The translations under genes were made by a program, and so were the position numbers. Below the pieces are notes generated by a model. That model had not been told where the DNA came from. It did no database searches and saw only the letters and a program-made list of their open reading frames with translations. From positions 26,235 to 90,234 of the forward strand of contig LBRD01000004.1 in the NCBI GenBank assembly GCA_000991245.1: a DNA stretch of 64,000 nucleotides, given 5' to 3'. Each line of letters starts with the position of its first letter. The first letter of the stretch is position 1. Of this stretch, positions 49,323 to 58,972 are shown one piece after another. The stretch is from Parcubacteria group bacterium GW2011_GWC1_36_108 (GTDB lineage Bacteria; Patescibacteriota; Minisyncoccia; Moranbacterales; GWC2-37-73).

Positions 49323-50765
49323 TTAACTAACTTTATTCACATCAATTAAAAACTTTCCCAGATTTCTCCTACCGATGATAGCAGCATATTTAAGTTCATC
49401 TCTGGCGGCAATATTAACATTCGCATTTATTGCAAAGTTATCCATAACAAAAGTCATTTTTACTTTTGGCCTAAAAGACACACCGTTAGATGCATAGATT
49501 AAATCTATGTCATAAAGATCGCTGTGTTTATATTTATTTTTCAAGCCCTTAAGAATTTCTGGTCCTTCTTCTCTGGAAAATCCGTTTGGCAATTCAATTT
49601 TTTCAAAAAAATCCAAAACATCGCCATAGCCAAGCTGTCTAGCCATATCAATATCAATAGAAGTTGACATTGCACCCGTATCAATTTTGGCCTCAATTTC
49701 TATAGTTGCTTCATTTTTTCCAATAAATTTAACTTTTTCTACTGTGCCAATAACTTTTCGTCCAGAAATTTCTTCGACTTCTTCTTCAACTTCTCCTCCG
49801 AATAAATCTCTTCCTACGCGCACACCGCGCGCTGCTGTTTTTATTTTAAGACCCTTGATGCGCTCAAGTCTTTCTTTAAGACCACTGAGGTTTGCAACTT
49901 GAATAGCAAGACCCGGACGAGCATTGATTTCCAAAAAAACCGGACCGCGCTCGCGATCAATCGCAACATCAGCGCCCAAAAATCCCATCCCTGAAACTTC
50001 CTGCGCTTTTACAGCTAAAAGTAAAATATCTTTCCAATATGGAATTCGAATTCCTGAAAGAAGCATTCTGGTGCCTGGGACATAATCAATAATTTTTCCT
50101 TTACCCAAAACTGCAGTCGTGGTCACGCCTGAAGCTAAGTCAATTCCCACTCCGATACCTCCTTGCTGCAAATTAGCTTTTCCTCCAGATTCTTTTGTTG
50201 GAAGACGAAGCATCGCCATTACTGGTATATGATTAAAAACAATCACGCGGATATCAGGAATTCCTTTATATGCATACGGCTTAAAAAGTTTAAGCAAAGT
50301 CAAACGTTCTTCAAAAAAAGCAATGTCTGGCATATTAGCCAATGAAAATGCTCCATCCAAAATATTTAAAATATGACTCTTGATATCTTCCACTGTAACT
50401 TTGCTGCCATCAGCTTTAATCCAAACAGGCAACGGTATTTCATTTTCATCACTTACTAAAACTTTTCCACTATTTTTCTTTCTGCCATACACTACCATAA
50501 TTCCACCTCCGCCATATCCACGATTTGGCTTAAGCGCAAAAGAAGACGGCAAAGAAGACCAGTCGAAATTTTCCAATTCCTCGGCTGTTCTGATTTTTGC
50601 AAGCAATTTTGGCACAGGAATTCCACCTTTTTTAAGCATCCTCTTGCTTAAAATTTTATCGTCTGCCAATTTTTTTGCTTTTTTTCTATTGTATGGACGA
50701 ATGTAATCAAGGTTACGAGCATTCATGCCAAGCAACTTATTTCCATTCTTAAAAATTTCAAACAT
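49323..50765 (-). CDS. alpha-L-glutamate ligase-like ATP-grasp (ATPgrasp_ST) fused to a retropepsin-like Zn_protease domain
   Basis: The N-terminal LGMNARNLDYIRPYNRKKAKKLADDKILSKRML...GGIPVP matches my memory of the rimK-related alpha-L-glutamate-ligase family. The C-terminal ~150 aa with KIDTGAMSTSIDI (DTG motif) resembles the PF05618 putative ATP-dependent zinc protease. Confidence 0.65.
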   Translation of the reverse strand: MFEIFKNGNKLLGMNARNLDYIRPYNRKKAKKLADDKILSKRMLKKGGIPVPKLLAKIRTAEELENFDWSSLPSSFALKPNRGYGGGGIMVVYGRKKNSGKVLVSDENEIPLPVWIKADGSKVTVEDIKSHILNILDGAFSLANMPDIAFFEERLTLLKLFKPYAYKGIPDIRVIVFNHIPVMAMLRLPTKESGGKANLQQGGIGVGIDLASGVTTTAVLGKGKIIDYVPGTRMLLSGIRIPYWKDILLLAVKAQEVSGMGFLGADVAIDRERGPVFLEINARPGLAIQVANLSGLKERLERIKGLKIKTAARGVRVGRDLFGGEVEEEVEEISGRKVIGTVEKVKFIGKNEATIEIEAKIDTGAMSTSIDIDMARQLGYGDVLDFFEKIELPNGFSREEGPEILKGLKNKYKHSDLYDIDLIYASNGVSFRPKVKMTFVMDNFAINANVNIAARDELKYAAIIGRRNLGKFLIDVNKVS

Positions 50766-50775
50766 AAAAAAATTA

Positions 50776-50865
50776 TGTCATTCCGGACTCGATCCGGAAT
50801 CCCGAGCTTTAACGCACAAACCGTTATGCTACGAGAGATCCTGAAACAAATTCAGGATGACACAG
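50776..50865 (+). repeat. divergent GC-rich hairpin element related to copies A-C
   Basis: tgtcattccggactcgatccggaatcc hairpin plus atcctgaaacaaattcaggat hairpin. The ends TGTCATTCC and GGATGACACA form inverted termini. Confidence 0.5.
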
Positions 50866-50868
50866 TGA

Positions 50869-51534
50869 TTACTTTAAATTCTTCAGCACTTCCCTAAAAC
50901 GAAAATATTCATTCAAGCGCAAGCCATCCCATTTCCCTAAAAAGATATTAATTGGAATTGTAATTAAAATCAGCCATGGGAAAGCTACAATGCCTTTTAT
51001 CAATGCTGGCCAACTTGCCAAATAATATCCAACAAGAGAAATTACCAATGTTTCCACCGCCAAAATGAGAGCTGCGCGATTTCCCTTTTCAATTTGAGCT
51101 GCCACAAATTTTTCCACGATCGTAATCATAATCAAAATTGGGAAAATTGAAACTGCAGCTAAACCGGTTCGCTGCATTGCTCCTCCAAAACTAAGCAGCA
51201 TCAAAATTGAAAGTGCAATAATGCTAAGTGTGATGGCCACGCGCGGCAGATACAAAATACGAAGACCTTTCAGTGCAAAGCGCAGCAGCATTCCAACCAA
51301 AATCACCACAATAAAAATAAGAACGCCGTAGCGAAGTTGTGGTACAGCCAAGAAAGCAAAGGTCACGATCGCAGGCGTATAAATACCAAAAGCCTTAATT
51401 CCGATTACCTGACGAAAAAAAGCGATCAACGTTACCACAATTGGCAACATTAAAAGCAAGATAACCGTATCAAGCGGCACACCTTGTGCAATAAAATATT
51501 TAATGAGAGGACTGATGTTTTCCATAATTTTCAT
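50869..51534 (-). CDS. 7-TM membrane protein (candidate 7TM partner of the ATP-grasp operon)
   Basis: Seven hydrophobic helices were counted by eye. It is the first gene of the operon with three ATP-grasp genes immediately downstream. The start is chosen at MKIM, and the upstream MLYVTCS codons coincide with the ATGTTACATG box. Confidence 0.55.
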   Translation of the reverse strand: MKIMENISPLIKYFIAQGVPLDTVILLLMLPIVVTLIAFFRQVIGIKAFGIYTPAIVTFAFLAVPQLRYGVLIFIVVILVGMLLRFALKGLRILYLPRVAITLSIIALSILMLLSFGGAMQRTGLAAVSIFPILIMITIVEKFVAAQIEKGNRAALILAVETLVISLVGYYLASWPALIKGIVAFPWLILITIPINIFLGKWDGLRLNEYFRFREVLKNLK

Positions 51535-51600
51535 AGAGCATGTAACATATAACATGCAACATTAACTCAAAACAATAAGATTACAAATCAAAAAAACGAA

Positions 51601-51700
51601 CTAGAATGCTTTTTCTTTTTTCACTTAAAACAAGTCTCATTGGCGCTGGGTCAAAAGTTGCAATTGTTTTTCTGTGAAAAAAGAAAAATGTATTCTAGTG
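51601..51700 (+). repeat. palindromic repeat family 2, copy c
   Basis: ctagaatgctttttcttttttcacttaaaacaagtctc...gtcaaaagttgcaattgtttttctgtgaaaaaagaaaaatgtattctag with clear terminal inverted repeats. Confidence 0.6.
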
Positions 51701-51721
51701 AGCTACAATTAAGGCAAACTA

Positions 51722-52267
51722 TCAACAATTATTTTTAATTTCTCTCATTTTTCTGCTATTTAAATGACATAGTGCTATTGCAATTGCATCAGCGGTGTCA
51801 TCTGGTTTGGGAATCTCTTTCAATTTCAAAATATTCTTTACCATTAGCTGTATTTGCTTCTTTTCTGCCCTACCGTAACCAGTCAAGGCTTGTTTGACTT
51901 GCAGCGGTGTGTATTCAAATATGCTAACACAAAATCTCTCAAGTGTCAAGAGTATAGACCCTCGAGCTTGGCTTACTTTCATTACCGTTTTTACATTCTT
52001 AAAAAAGAACAAATCTTCCACTGCAGCCTCATCAGGCTTATATTTTTCAATTATTTGTTCTAAATCCTTCACAACTTCAAAAAGGCGTTCGGCTGTGCTG
52101 TTTTTTGGTGAAGTTGTGATGTGCCCATAAGCAATTGATGTCACACATCCTTTCTTTTCATCCAAAATAGCCCAGCCAACAATAGCAGTCCCAGGATCAA
52201 CCCCTAAAACTCTTAGAGTTTTAGGGGAATTTTTAATTTTTAATTTTGAATTTTTAATCAATTCCAA
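51722..52267 (-). CDS. ruvC: crossover junction endodeoxyribonuclease RuvC
   Basis: LGVDPGTAIVGWAIL, AAVEDLFF and ADAIAIALCH match RuvC catalytic blocks. The start codon is uncertain. The ORF opens with TTG in AT-rich sequence. Confidence 0.8.
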   Translation of the reverse strand: MELIKNSKLKIKNSPKTLRVLGVDPGTAIVGWAILDEKKGCVTSIAYGHITTSPKNSTAERLFEVVKDLEQIIEKYKPDEAAVEDLFFFKNVKTVMKVSQARGSILLTLERFCVSIFEYTPLQVKQALTGYGRAEKKQIQLMVKNILKLKEIPKPDDTADAIAIALCHLNSRKMREIKNNC

Positions 52268-52355
52268 ATGATTAAATTTTTAATGTTTTAAACATTTTGA
52301 AATTAAGATTTGATTTTAAATTTCAAATTTTAAATTTCAAATTAATCTATGATAA

Positions 52356-53072
52356 TCAAAGATTATCATAGATTTCTTGCACGTCGTCGTTCTCGTCTAA
52401 TTTTTCTAAAAGTTTTTCGTAATCAATTTTTGATTCAGGATCAAGCTCTGTTTTTTGAATTGGAGCATAAACAAGGTCAGCGCCTTCAACAATAAGACCA
52501 GCCTTGTCAAGATTTTCCTTAACTTTTTGCAAATCTTCTATTTTTGTATAAACAATCACAATATCACCCTCATACAAAGTATCCTCTGCCCCAGCTTCAA
52601 TAGCAGCCATCTCAACTTCATACGGATCTCTGTCGCCAACAGACACTGCGATGTTTCCAACCAATTTAAACATAAATTTCACCCCACCTTCCGCTGCAGG
52701 CTTTCCGCCAGCTTTAGTCAGAATGCTGCGAATTTCACTTCCGGTTCTGTTTCTATTATCAGTAGCAGTTTTAATAAGCATAGCTACATTTCCAGGACCA
52801 TAACCCTCATAAATAAGCTCTTCAATTTCTGCTCCATCCTTGAGCTCACCAGTTCCCTTTTTAATCGCTCGCTCAATGGTGTCTTTTGGCATATTTTCAA
52901 GTCGTGCCCGATCAATTGCCATTTGCAACTTGAAATTCATTTCCGGTTTACCGCCGCCCTCTTTGGCGGCAATCGTAATCAAACGCCCATATTTTGTAAA
53001 AACATTAGCCCTTTTGGCATCATTAACGCCTTTTCTCTGTTTTATCCCTGCCCAATGTGAATGTCCCGACAT
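52356..53072 (-). CDS. yebC: YebC/PmpR-family transcriptional regulator
   Basis: MSGHSHWAGIKQRKG N-terminus and YebC-length three-domain pattern. It lies upstream of ruvC as in many bacteria. Confidence 0.85.
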   Translation of the reverse strand: MSGHSHWAGIKQRKGVNDAKRANVFTKYGRLITIAAKEGGGKPEMNFKLQMAIDRARLENMPKDTIERAIKKGTGELKDGAEIEELIYEGYGPGNVAMLIKTATDNRNRTGSEIRSILTKAGGKPAAEGGVKFMFKLVGNIAVSVGDRDPYEVEMAAIEAGAEDTLYEGDIVIVYTKIEDLQKVKENLDKAGLIVEGADLVYAPIQKTELDPESKIDYEKLLEKLDENDDVQEIYDNL

Positions 53073-53292
53073 ATTTTTCATGGATCATAAAACATGGAAC
53101 ATTGAACAAAAATGCAAATCATTTTTATCTTGCTTCATGCTATATGCTTTATGTTATGTGATCTATGAGCTAAGTCTACCACCCTAAACTACTCATTTCA
53201 AGCCACAGGCTTTGACAATAACCCTTTTTCAAATTACGATGGACATATCAAACTTGTTATTAATATAACTTACATACAAAAGGAGGTTCGCA

Positions 53293-53490
53293 ATGTCATT
53301 AAAATCACTTTTTTTAGGATTTTTTACCCAAACGCGTTATATCTGCAAAAGCGAACGCAAGGGCGAGAGGTGTGGAAAAATTATTCTTGCTTACTTTAAA
53401 CCCACCGAATGTCCTCTTTGTAAGGCGCCAAGTAATTATATTGAGGAATCTCCCCTCAATATCCACCCTATCAAAAGGAAAAGCGTTTGA
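53293..53490 (+). CDS. small zinc-ribbon-like protein
   Basis: 65 aa with a strong SD (aaaggagg, 7 nt upstream). It has CKSERKGERC...CPLC, a CxnC...CxxC pattern, and is followed by a terminator. Confidence 0.5.
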   Translation: MSLKSLFLGFFTQTRYICKSERKGERCGKIILAYFKPTECPLCKAPSNYIEESPLNIHPIKRKSV

Positions 53491-53506
53491 AAAAAACTAT
53501 CAACTA

Positions 53507-53537
53507 AAAGGTGTTGGACTCTTCCAACACCTTTTTC
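53507..53537 (+). terminator. rho-independent terminator
   Basis: aaaggtgttggactcttccaacacctttttc. Confidence 0.6.
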
Positions 53538-53863
53538 ATTTCCGAATGAGTGATAACAACAAGACGGTACTCCGAATTATTTTACCTTAACCTCTGGCAG
53601 CAAATCCCAAATAAGTTGAAAAATAAGTTTCATTGTTTTGTGAATTTCCTCTCCTTCAATAATAAGTCCGATTTCTTCCTTGGCTGACATCAGCGCAACC
53701 TTTTGATGACCATAATTTATTTTAATAAAAAAAGAGTGCTTTTAATGATTTTTGCAAGGAAATTACTTTTTTCAAAAATAAGCTCTTGACTGCATATCCA
53801 TAATGACATACACTATCATATTGGCATAAATGCCAAAATTACCTTAACAATAGGAGCTTTACC

Positions 53864-54259
53864 ATGAAAACGAAGTCGATGTTAAAGATTGTGTTTTTTC
53901 TTTTTGTTTCCTTTAGTGCTTTAACGGCGTGGGGATGGAAATCGCCACCATCTGAGGGTGATGAGGAGGTTCTTGCGCAAGAAACCGCTCAAAATGTCAT
54001 TCTTACCAAGGCCAGTATTTACGACAATGTGTGGTACAAATACGCTAATAGTAAAGATGGTGGAGGATGTTTCACGGATTTAACTGCTATTTATACTCCA
54101 GACCCAGACTCTGATTTAAGGGAAATAATCCGAAAAAAAATTCCGGTTGATATCGATTACAGGAAAACTCGCATCTATACTGGACGCTACTGGAGCTATG
54201 AATCAGTTGTGGAAATCAATTGGGCCACAAAAAAACATCCTATCAAAAAAAGATACTAA
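53864..54259 (+). CDS. small secreted hypothetical protein
   Basis: 131 aa with a signal peptide (MKTKSMLKIVFFLFVSFSALTAWG). The upstream promoter is TTGACT, 17 nt, TACACT. SD is aggag, and a terminator follows. Confidence 0.55.
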   Translation: MKTKSMLKIVFFLFVSFSALTAWGWKSPPSEGDEEVLAQETAQNVILTKASIYDNVWYKYANSKDGGGCFTDLTAIYTPDPDSDLREIIRKKIPVDIDYRKTRIYTGRYWSYESVVEINWATKKHPIKKRY

Positions 54260-54284
54260 AAAGATTTCTGCCAACTTTAATTAC

Positions 54285-54320
54285 ACCGTCTCGCGCAAAC
54301 TACGCGAGACGGTTTTTTTA
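54285..54320. terminator. bidirectional terminator
   Basis: accgtctcgcgcaaactacgcgagacggttttttta. Confidence 0.6.
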
Positions 54321-56369
54321 TTTGAAAATAAAATTAAAAATCATATTCAATCCTGAATTAATTTCAGAAAAAATATTTTTCAAAAATAAAATTGCATAAT
54401 GCTCTTTTTCTGGGATTTGTGGGGTGAAAAAATATATGCCATCAACTTCCCGCACAGCCCGTGTCTCATTCACACGTGGAACACCTTTTAATAATTCAAT
54501 TCTGATATCGTCATTACTGGCTGAAATTAATTTATTTTCTCTCTTAACCTCAACCAACGCAACTGCTTCTTCATAATCACTTTTACCAGTGTTTTGAATT
54601 TCTGATGACAGATGACTGACAGCGGATAACACAATACTTGTTTCTTTTTGATTACCGATTGCTGATGACTGATGACTTTCTGCTTTTTCACCGCCAATCC
54701 ACCCCCAACCACTTTTTATTTTTTCATACACTTCGCCCTCTTTGATCCCCTCAACTTTTTTATATTTCACTTCATATGCAACTTTTCCATCAGGATATCT
54801 GAGCTGAATTTTAGATTTGGTGTTGTTAAGTGTGAAACTCGAAACATCACTCCTGATTTCCTTGGATTTATCTTTTTTAATAATCACATCTTCTCCAATA
54901 GGATGATTAATAAATTTTTTCCAGCCAGTTGCAATACTCCAACCACTCAAATTTATTTTATTTTTTGATTTGTTTTGCACGGTAATATATTCAACTCCCG
55001 TGTCAGCGCCAGTAGGATTAGCGCTGATGGCAATGATTTTTACTTCCGGATGCGGAAATTTTTTAACTTCCACAACAAAATTTTGCAAAACATCTTCGCT
55101 GCCATCAGACAATTTCACGGAGCCATTATATGTGCCAACATTTTCATATTTATGTCTGGTTTTTGCCAAAGAACTTTTGTGTCCATCTCCAAAATCCCAG
55201 CTTATTTTTATTTTATCCCCATCTCTGTCGCCGCTTGAGACAGAAAAATCAGCATAAACATTAGCAAAAACATCTTCATCGATTTTTACTTTTCCATACG
55301 GTTGGCTATTAAAAATGTTTTCTTTCCCCTCTGTTAAAAATTGACTCCAAGACCAAACGCTCCCATCAAAATTATAAGAACGTCCCTTTTTCGCACTGCC
55401 TTCATAGCTAACACTAAAAACAGGAACCAGATCGATAGGGTTATATAGTCCAAGAAATTCTCCCTGCGTGTCATTAAGTGCTAGTGTACATTTTTTGTCA
55501 GCATCATTTTTCAAAGTCAAAAATCTTGAGATTGTGGGATCAATAATATTCCCAGTCAAAGCGCAAGTTTTTCCTGCTCTGTCTTTTAAATACCAACCTT
55601 CCAAATTTTCAGTTTTATCGCTTGAACTATAAAGTTCCACAAATTCTTCCAGCCCAGAGTTTTTCAAAGGAGCAGGAAAAATTTCATTGATAATTATTCT
55701 GTCTGAATATGTTTTTGATTCTGATTCGTTTTTTTCTTCTTCCTCATCTTCCTCTTTTATGCATAATGCTAATTCTTCAGTATTTATAATGGTTGAATTT
55801 TTTGGAAAATAATCAGAAACTACCAAAAAATTATCCTCTACATCTTTTTTTAGAACTTTAGACACCATTAGATTTTCAGAATATAGATGTGATCCAGAAA
55901 AAGAATGTGCATTATTTCCCCATGTTATCGAATCAATAATTTCATCTTCATCAACAAATGCAATGCTATAATTTTCAGAAAGCGTAGCTCCAGTTGATTG
56001 ATCTGATTTGATTGCATTAGCAAAATCAGCGTTACCCCAAAGAAAATACCCCTTAGCACTAATAGTTGTATTCGCAGATAAAACTTTTATAGATGATTCT
56101 GTTCCAGAATTTGTCCTTTTTCTTAATTTCCAACCAGATATATCAATTTCCTCACAACTTGTATTATATATTTCTATAAAATCATCATTAGCGTTAATTC
56201 CCTTGATTTGTACTGCGCTTATTATGGCTGCATTGTCAGCCTTGCAACTATTATTAACAAAAACAAAAAGCGCCACAAAGAGCAGCACTAATGGTGTTTG
56301 ATATTTAAATGATTTTTTAATCCGTAACTGAAAAAAGTCACGGACTTTTTGTTTTTGTCTTGATTTCAC
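54318..56369 (-). CDS. large secreted protein with three lamin-tail-like (LTD) domains and a PKD domain
   Basis: Signal peptide. Three copies of the LTD-type pattern: DFIEIYNTS...ISGWKL, EFVELYSSS...LEGWYL and EYITVQNKS...LSGWSI. WDFGDGH is the PKD signature. Confidence 0.65.
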   Translation of the reverse strand: MKSRQKQKVRDFFQLRIKKSFKYQTPLVLLFVALFVFVNNSCKADNAAIISAVQIKGINANDDFIEIYNTSCEEIDISGWKLRKRTNSGTESSIKVLSANTTISAKGYFLWGNADFANAIKSDQSTGATLSENYSIAFVDEDEIIDSITWGNNAHSFSGSHLYSENLMVSKVLKKDVEDNFLVVSDYFPKNSTIINTEELALCIKEEDEEEEKNESESKTYSDRIIINEIFPAPLKNSGLEEFVELYSSSDKTENLEGWYLKDRAGKTCALTGNIIDPTISRFLTLKNDADKKCTLALNDTQGEFLGLYNPIDLVPVFSVSYEGSAKKGRSYNFDGSVWSWSQFLTEGKENIFNSQPYGKVKIDEDVFANVYADFSVSSGDRDGDKIKISWDFGDGHKSSLAKTRHKYENVGTYNGSVKLSDGSEDVLQNFVVEVKKFPHPEVKIIAISANPTGADTGVEYITVQNKSKNKINLSGWSIATGWKKFINHPIGEDVIIKKDKSKEIRSDVSSFTLNNTKSKIQLRYPDGKVAYEVKYKKVEGIKEGEVYEKIKSGWGWIGGEKAESHQSSAIGNQKETSIVLSAVSHLSSEIQNTGKSDYEEAVALVEVKRENKLISASNDDIRIELLKGVPRVNETRAVREVDGIYFFTPQIPEKEHYAILFLKNIFSEINSGLNMIFNFIFK

Positions 56370-56517
56370 CCCGACACCTGTTAAGGATTACTTGATAAAC
56401 AAAAAATAATCTGAATTACAAATATAACAATTAAAAAACGCTAACTTTTTACTATTTCATCCTTTACAGGTGTGGGGGTAAACCCGAATTTTATTCCCCC
56501 ACTCTGCGAAATAAAAA

Positions 56518-57096
56518 CTACTCTTCTAATTTTTCTTTTAACATTTCCCCAAAATTTTCCGTTTTCTTAGCTTCAGCTTTTTTCTGAAGTTCCATAATAA
56601 TATTTTTCACATGATACGGATCTGACACTGTGCGAAAAACAAATTCGCTTTCTTCTCCAGCGGTTTGCACTCTCACATCTCCATAATTGATAACTGTTGG
56701 CAAAAATCCAACCACTTCGGTTGTGATATCTTGTATCTTTGCAAATCGCAGCTCGCTCACACTGCGAGTGAACATCCCCTTTTGCTCAATATTTATAATT
56801 CTCTCAGTTGTGATGATCCAAATGTCGAAATAATAATCCACCCAAATTAAAAAAGAATAAATCCAAAGAGCTAACACAAAAAAGTTTTCCATAAAGGCAA
56901 CTACTGGCTTATATTGTCCCTTAAACATTTCTGGAAAAAATGCTGGTGCCCAAGAAAGACCAGCTATAAAAATTCCACCAATCAAAAACACGAGAAAGAA
57001 TTGCGTTAGCAAATAAAACCAGTTGCGATGAAGCACCTTCACGATCGACTCGGTGCCATTAAGATCTTTAAAGTGATATTTTGAAAATCCATCCAT
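56518..57096 (-). CDS. bacterial PH-domain (bPH_2/YdbT-like) membrane protein
   Basis: Two TM helices followed by a ~100-aa domain with a bPH_2-like pattern. Confidence 0.55.
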   Translation of the reverse strand: MDGFSKYHFKDLNGTESIVKVLHRNWFYLLTQFFLVFLIGGIFIAGLSWAPAFFPEMFKGQYKPVVAFMENFFVLALWIYSFLIWVDYYFDIWIITTERIINIEQKGMFTRSVSELRFAKIQDITTEVVGFLPTVINYGDVRVQTAGEESEFVFRTVSDPYHVKNIIMELQKKAEAKKTENFGEMLKEKLEE

Positions 57097-57230
57097 CCGG
57101 TAGTAGAAATTCGAATGGCCTTTGGCCGATAAAATTTCTTAAATTATATTTTTTATATTAATTCTAAATTTATTTTATTTATTACCTACTATTTTTTATT
57201 TTTCGAATTCTCACTACCGGATCCATAAAT

Positions 57231-57452
57231 TTATAAAATTCCAGCAAAAAGCTGCCTTAAATTAATAGCAGTGAACAGCACAAGATTAGTAAACAAAAGC
57301 ACGCCAGCTACTGGCACGAATATTGCAAGCATTAGCAATCGTGAAAGAAAAGAATACGAATAAAAAACAATATGAAAAATAATAAAAATGCTCATCAAGA
57401 ACATCACAAAAAAAACAAGGTAATATAAAATTTGAAAAATTGGAATTAGCAT
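57231..57452 (-). CDS. possible small hydrophobic protein
   Basis: 73-aa ORF that is entirely hydrophobic. An overlapping alternative frame exists at 57286..57507. Support is weak. Confidence 0.2.
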   Translation of the reverse strand: MLIPIFQILYYLVFFVMFLMSIFIIFHIVFYSYSFLSRLLMLAIFVPVAGVLLFTNLVLFTAINLRQLFAGIL

Positions 57453-57519
57453 AAAAATAACTCTCGACTAACAACTTACAACTGATAACTTTTTCATTAT
57501 ACCACAAAAAGTTATTTTA

Positions 57520-57640
57520 CTTTGTTTTTTTGTTTGCTTGTTTTCTTTTTGGCCAATTATTGCGACAGCAATTCTTTGAGTTTTTGACCATAGTCTTGGG
57601 TCAAAAACGTGCTCAAAAAGAAAACAAGCAAACAAAAAAA
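57520..57640 (+). repeat. palindromic repeat family 3, copy b
   Basis: gtttgcttgttttctttttggccaattattgcgacagcaattctttgagtttttgaccatagtcttgggtcaaaaacgtgctcaaaaagaaaacaagcaaac. Confidence 0.65.
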
Positions 57641-57651
57641 CATATCTTTAA

Positions 57652-58704
57652 TTAAACCAGTTTTCTTTGGTTGTCTTCGGGCATATCAATTCCCATGTGA
57701 GCATAACCATGCTCGGTTACCATTCTTCCGCGTGGAGTTCTTGTTAAAAATCCCAATTGAATCAAGAATGGTTCGTACACATCTTCAATTGTTTCGATTT
57801 CTTCAGAAGTGGCAGCAGCAATAGTGGAAATTCCAACTGGTCCACCATTAAATTTTTTAATAATAGTTTCCAAAATAAAACGATCCGTCGGTTCAAGTCC
57901 AAGCTGATCAACATCCATCATCTCAAGAGCCTTTCTTGCAATCGCACTATCAATTGTTTGATGCTCATTGATTTGAGCATAATCCCTAACACGCTTAATA
58001 ATTCTATTTCCAACGCGAGGAGTTTTTCTGCTTGAAACCGCAATTTCTTTTGCTCCACTATCCTCAAGCGGTATTCCCAGAATTTTACCAGAGCGATGAA
58101 TGATACTTTTCATCTCATCTTCGTTATAAAATTCAAGTCGATGAATTGCGCCAAAACGATTTCGCAGCGGATTAGAAAGTGCTCCTAATCTGGTTGTGGC
58201 TCCAATAAGCGTGAATTTTGGCAAATCAAGCTGAAGTGTTCGCGCCGATGGTCCTTTTCCAATAATCACGTCCAATTTATAATCCTCCATAGCAGGATAA
58301 AGAACTTCTTCAATCAATTTATTGAGCCGATGAATTTCATCTATAAATAGAACATCTCCGTCTTGCAGGTTAGTCAAAATTGACCCAAGATCGCCAACTC
58401 TTTCAATTGCTGGTCCAGAAGTTACCTTAATATTAACACCCATTTCATTAGCGATAATATGAGCCAGGGTTGTCTTTCCAAGTCCAGCTGGGCCATAAAG
58501 CAGCACGTGCTCAATAGATTCTCCTCGTTTTTTGGCAGCATCAATAAACATCTGCAAATTTTTGCGGATTTTTTGTTGTCCGACATACTCACTCAAACGC
58601 TGCGGTCTAAGTGTTGTGTCTAAAACAATATCATCTTCTTGTTCTTCAGAGGTAGTAATCATTTCATTGAGCATGGAACATAAATCATGGAGCAAAACTT
58701 CCAC
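57652..58704 (-). CDS. ruvB: Holliday junction helicase RuvB
   Basis: [32 protein letters not shown], the sensor region and the C-terminal winged helix. The true start is probably an internal Met (MLNEM or MITTSEEQ). Confidence 0.9.
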   Translation of the reverse strand: MEVLLHDLCSMLNEMITTSEEQEDDIVLDTTLRPQRLSEYVGQQKIRKNLQMFIDAAKKRGESIEHVLLYGPAGLGKTTLAHIIANEMGVNIKVTSGPAIERVGDLGSILTNLQDGDVLFIDEIHRLNKLIEEVLYPAMEDYKLDVIIGKGPSARTLQLDLPKFTLIGATTRLGALSNPLRNRFGAIHRLEFYNEDEMKSIIHRSGKILGIPLEDSGAKEIAVSSRKTPRVGNRIIKRVRDYAQINEHQTIDSAIARKALEMMDVDQLGLEPTDRFILETIIKKFNGGPVGISTIAAATSEEIETIEDVYEPFLIQLGFLTRTPRGRMVTEHGYAHMGIDMPEDNQRKLV

Positions 58705-58937
58705 AAAATGTTCCTAAAAAATAATTCATTCTAAACCTTTTCATATATGTTAAGCCAAATTTATCAAAAAAGCTAGTGATATAAATCAGAAAATTTTAAA
58801 AGATTGAAAATACTGAAACAAATACCGTATTCGAACGTATTATTCTATACAAGCAGGCAGTGTGCTGATTTTTTGCATGTTTAGCAATATCTTGGCTCTT
58901 GTTTTATGTTCCATGCTCCATGTTTGCGCAGCATAAC

Positions 58938-58966
58938 TTGACAAGAAAACAAAGCTGTGCTAAGCT
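58938..58966 (+). promoter_or_regulatory. sigma-70-like promoter for the candidate ncRNA
   Basis: TTGACA, then 17 nt, then TAAGCT. The ATGTTCCATG box lies 10-30 bp upstream. Confidence 0.35.
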
Positions 58967-58972
58967 GAACAA

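Noticed and set aside
53577-53690. 37-aa minus-strand ORF (MSAKEEIGLIIEGEEIHKTMKLIFQLIWDLLPEVKVK) with an AAAAGG 8 nt upstream
   Set aside because: It is too short to support without conservation data. It is worth a tblastn against related genomes but is not called here.
57286-57507. 73-aa alternative-frame ORF
   Set aside because: It overlaps 57231..57452. Neither ORF has support beyond hydrophobicity, and at most one can be real.
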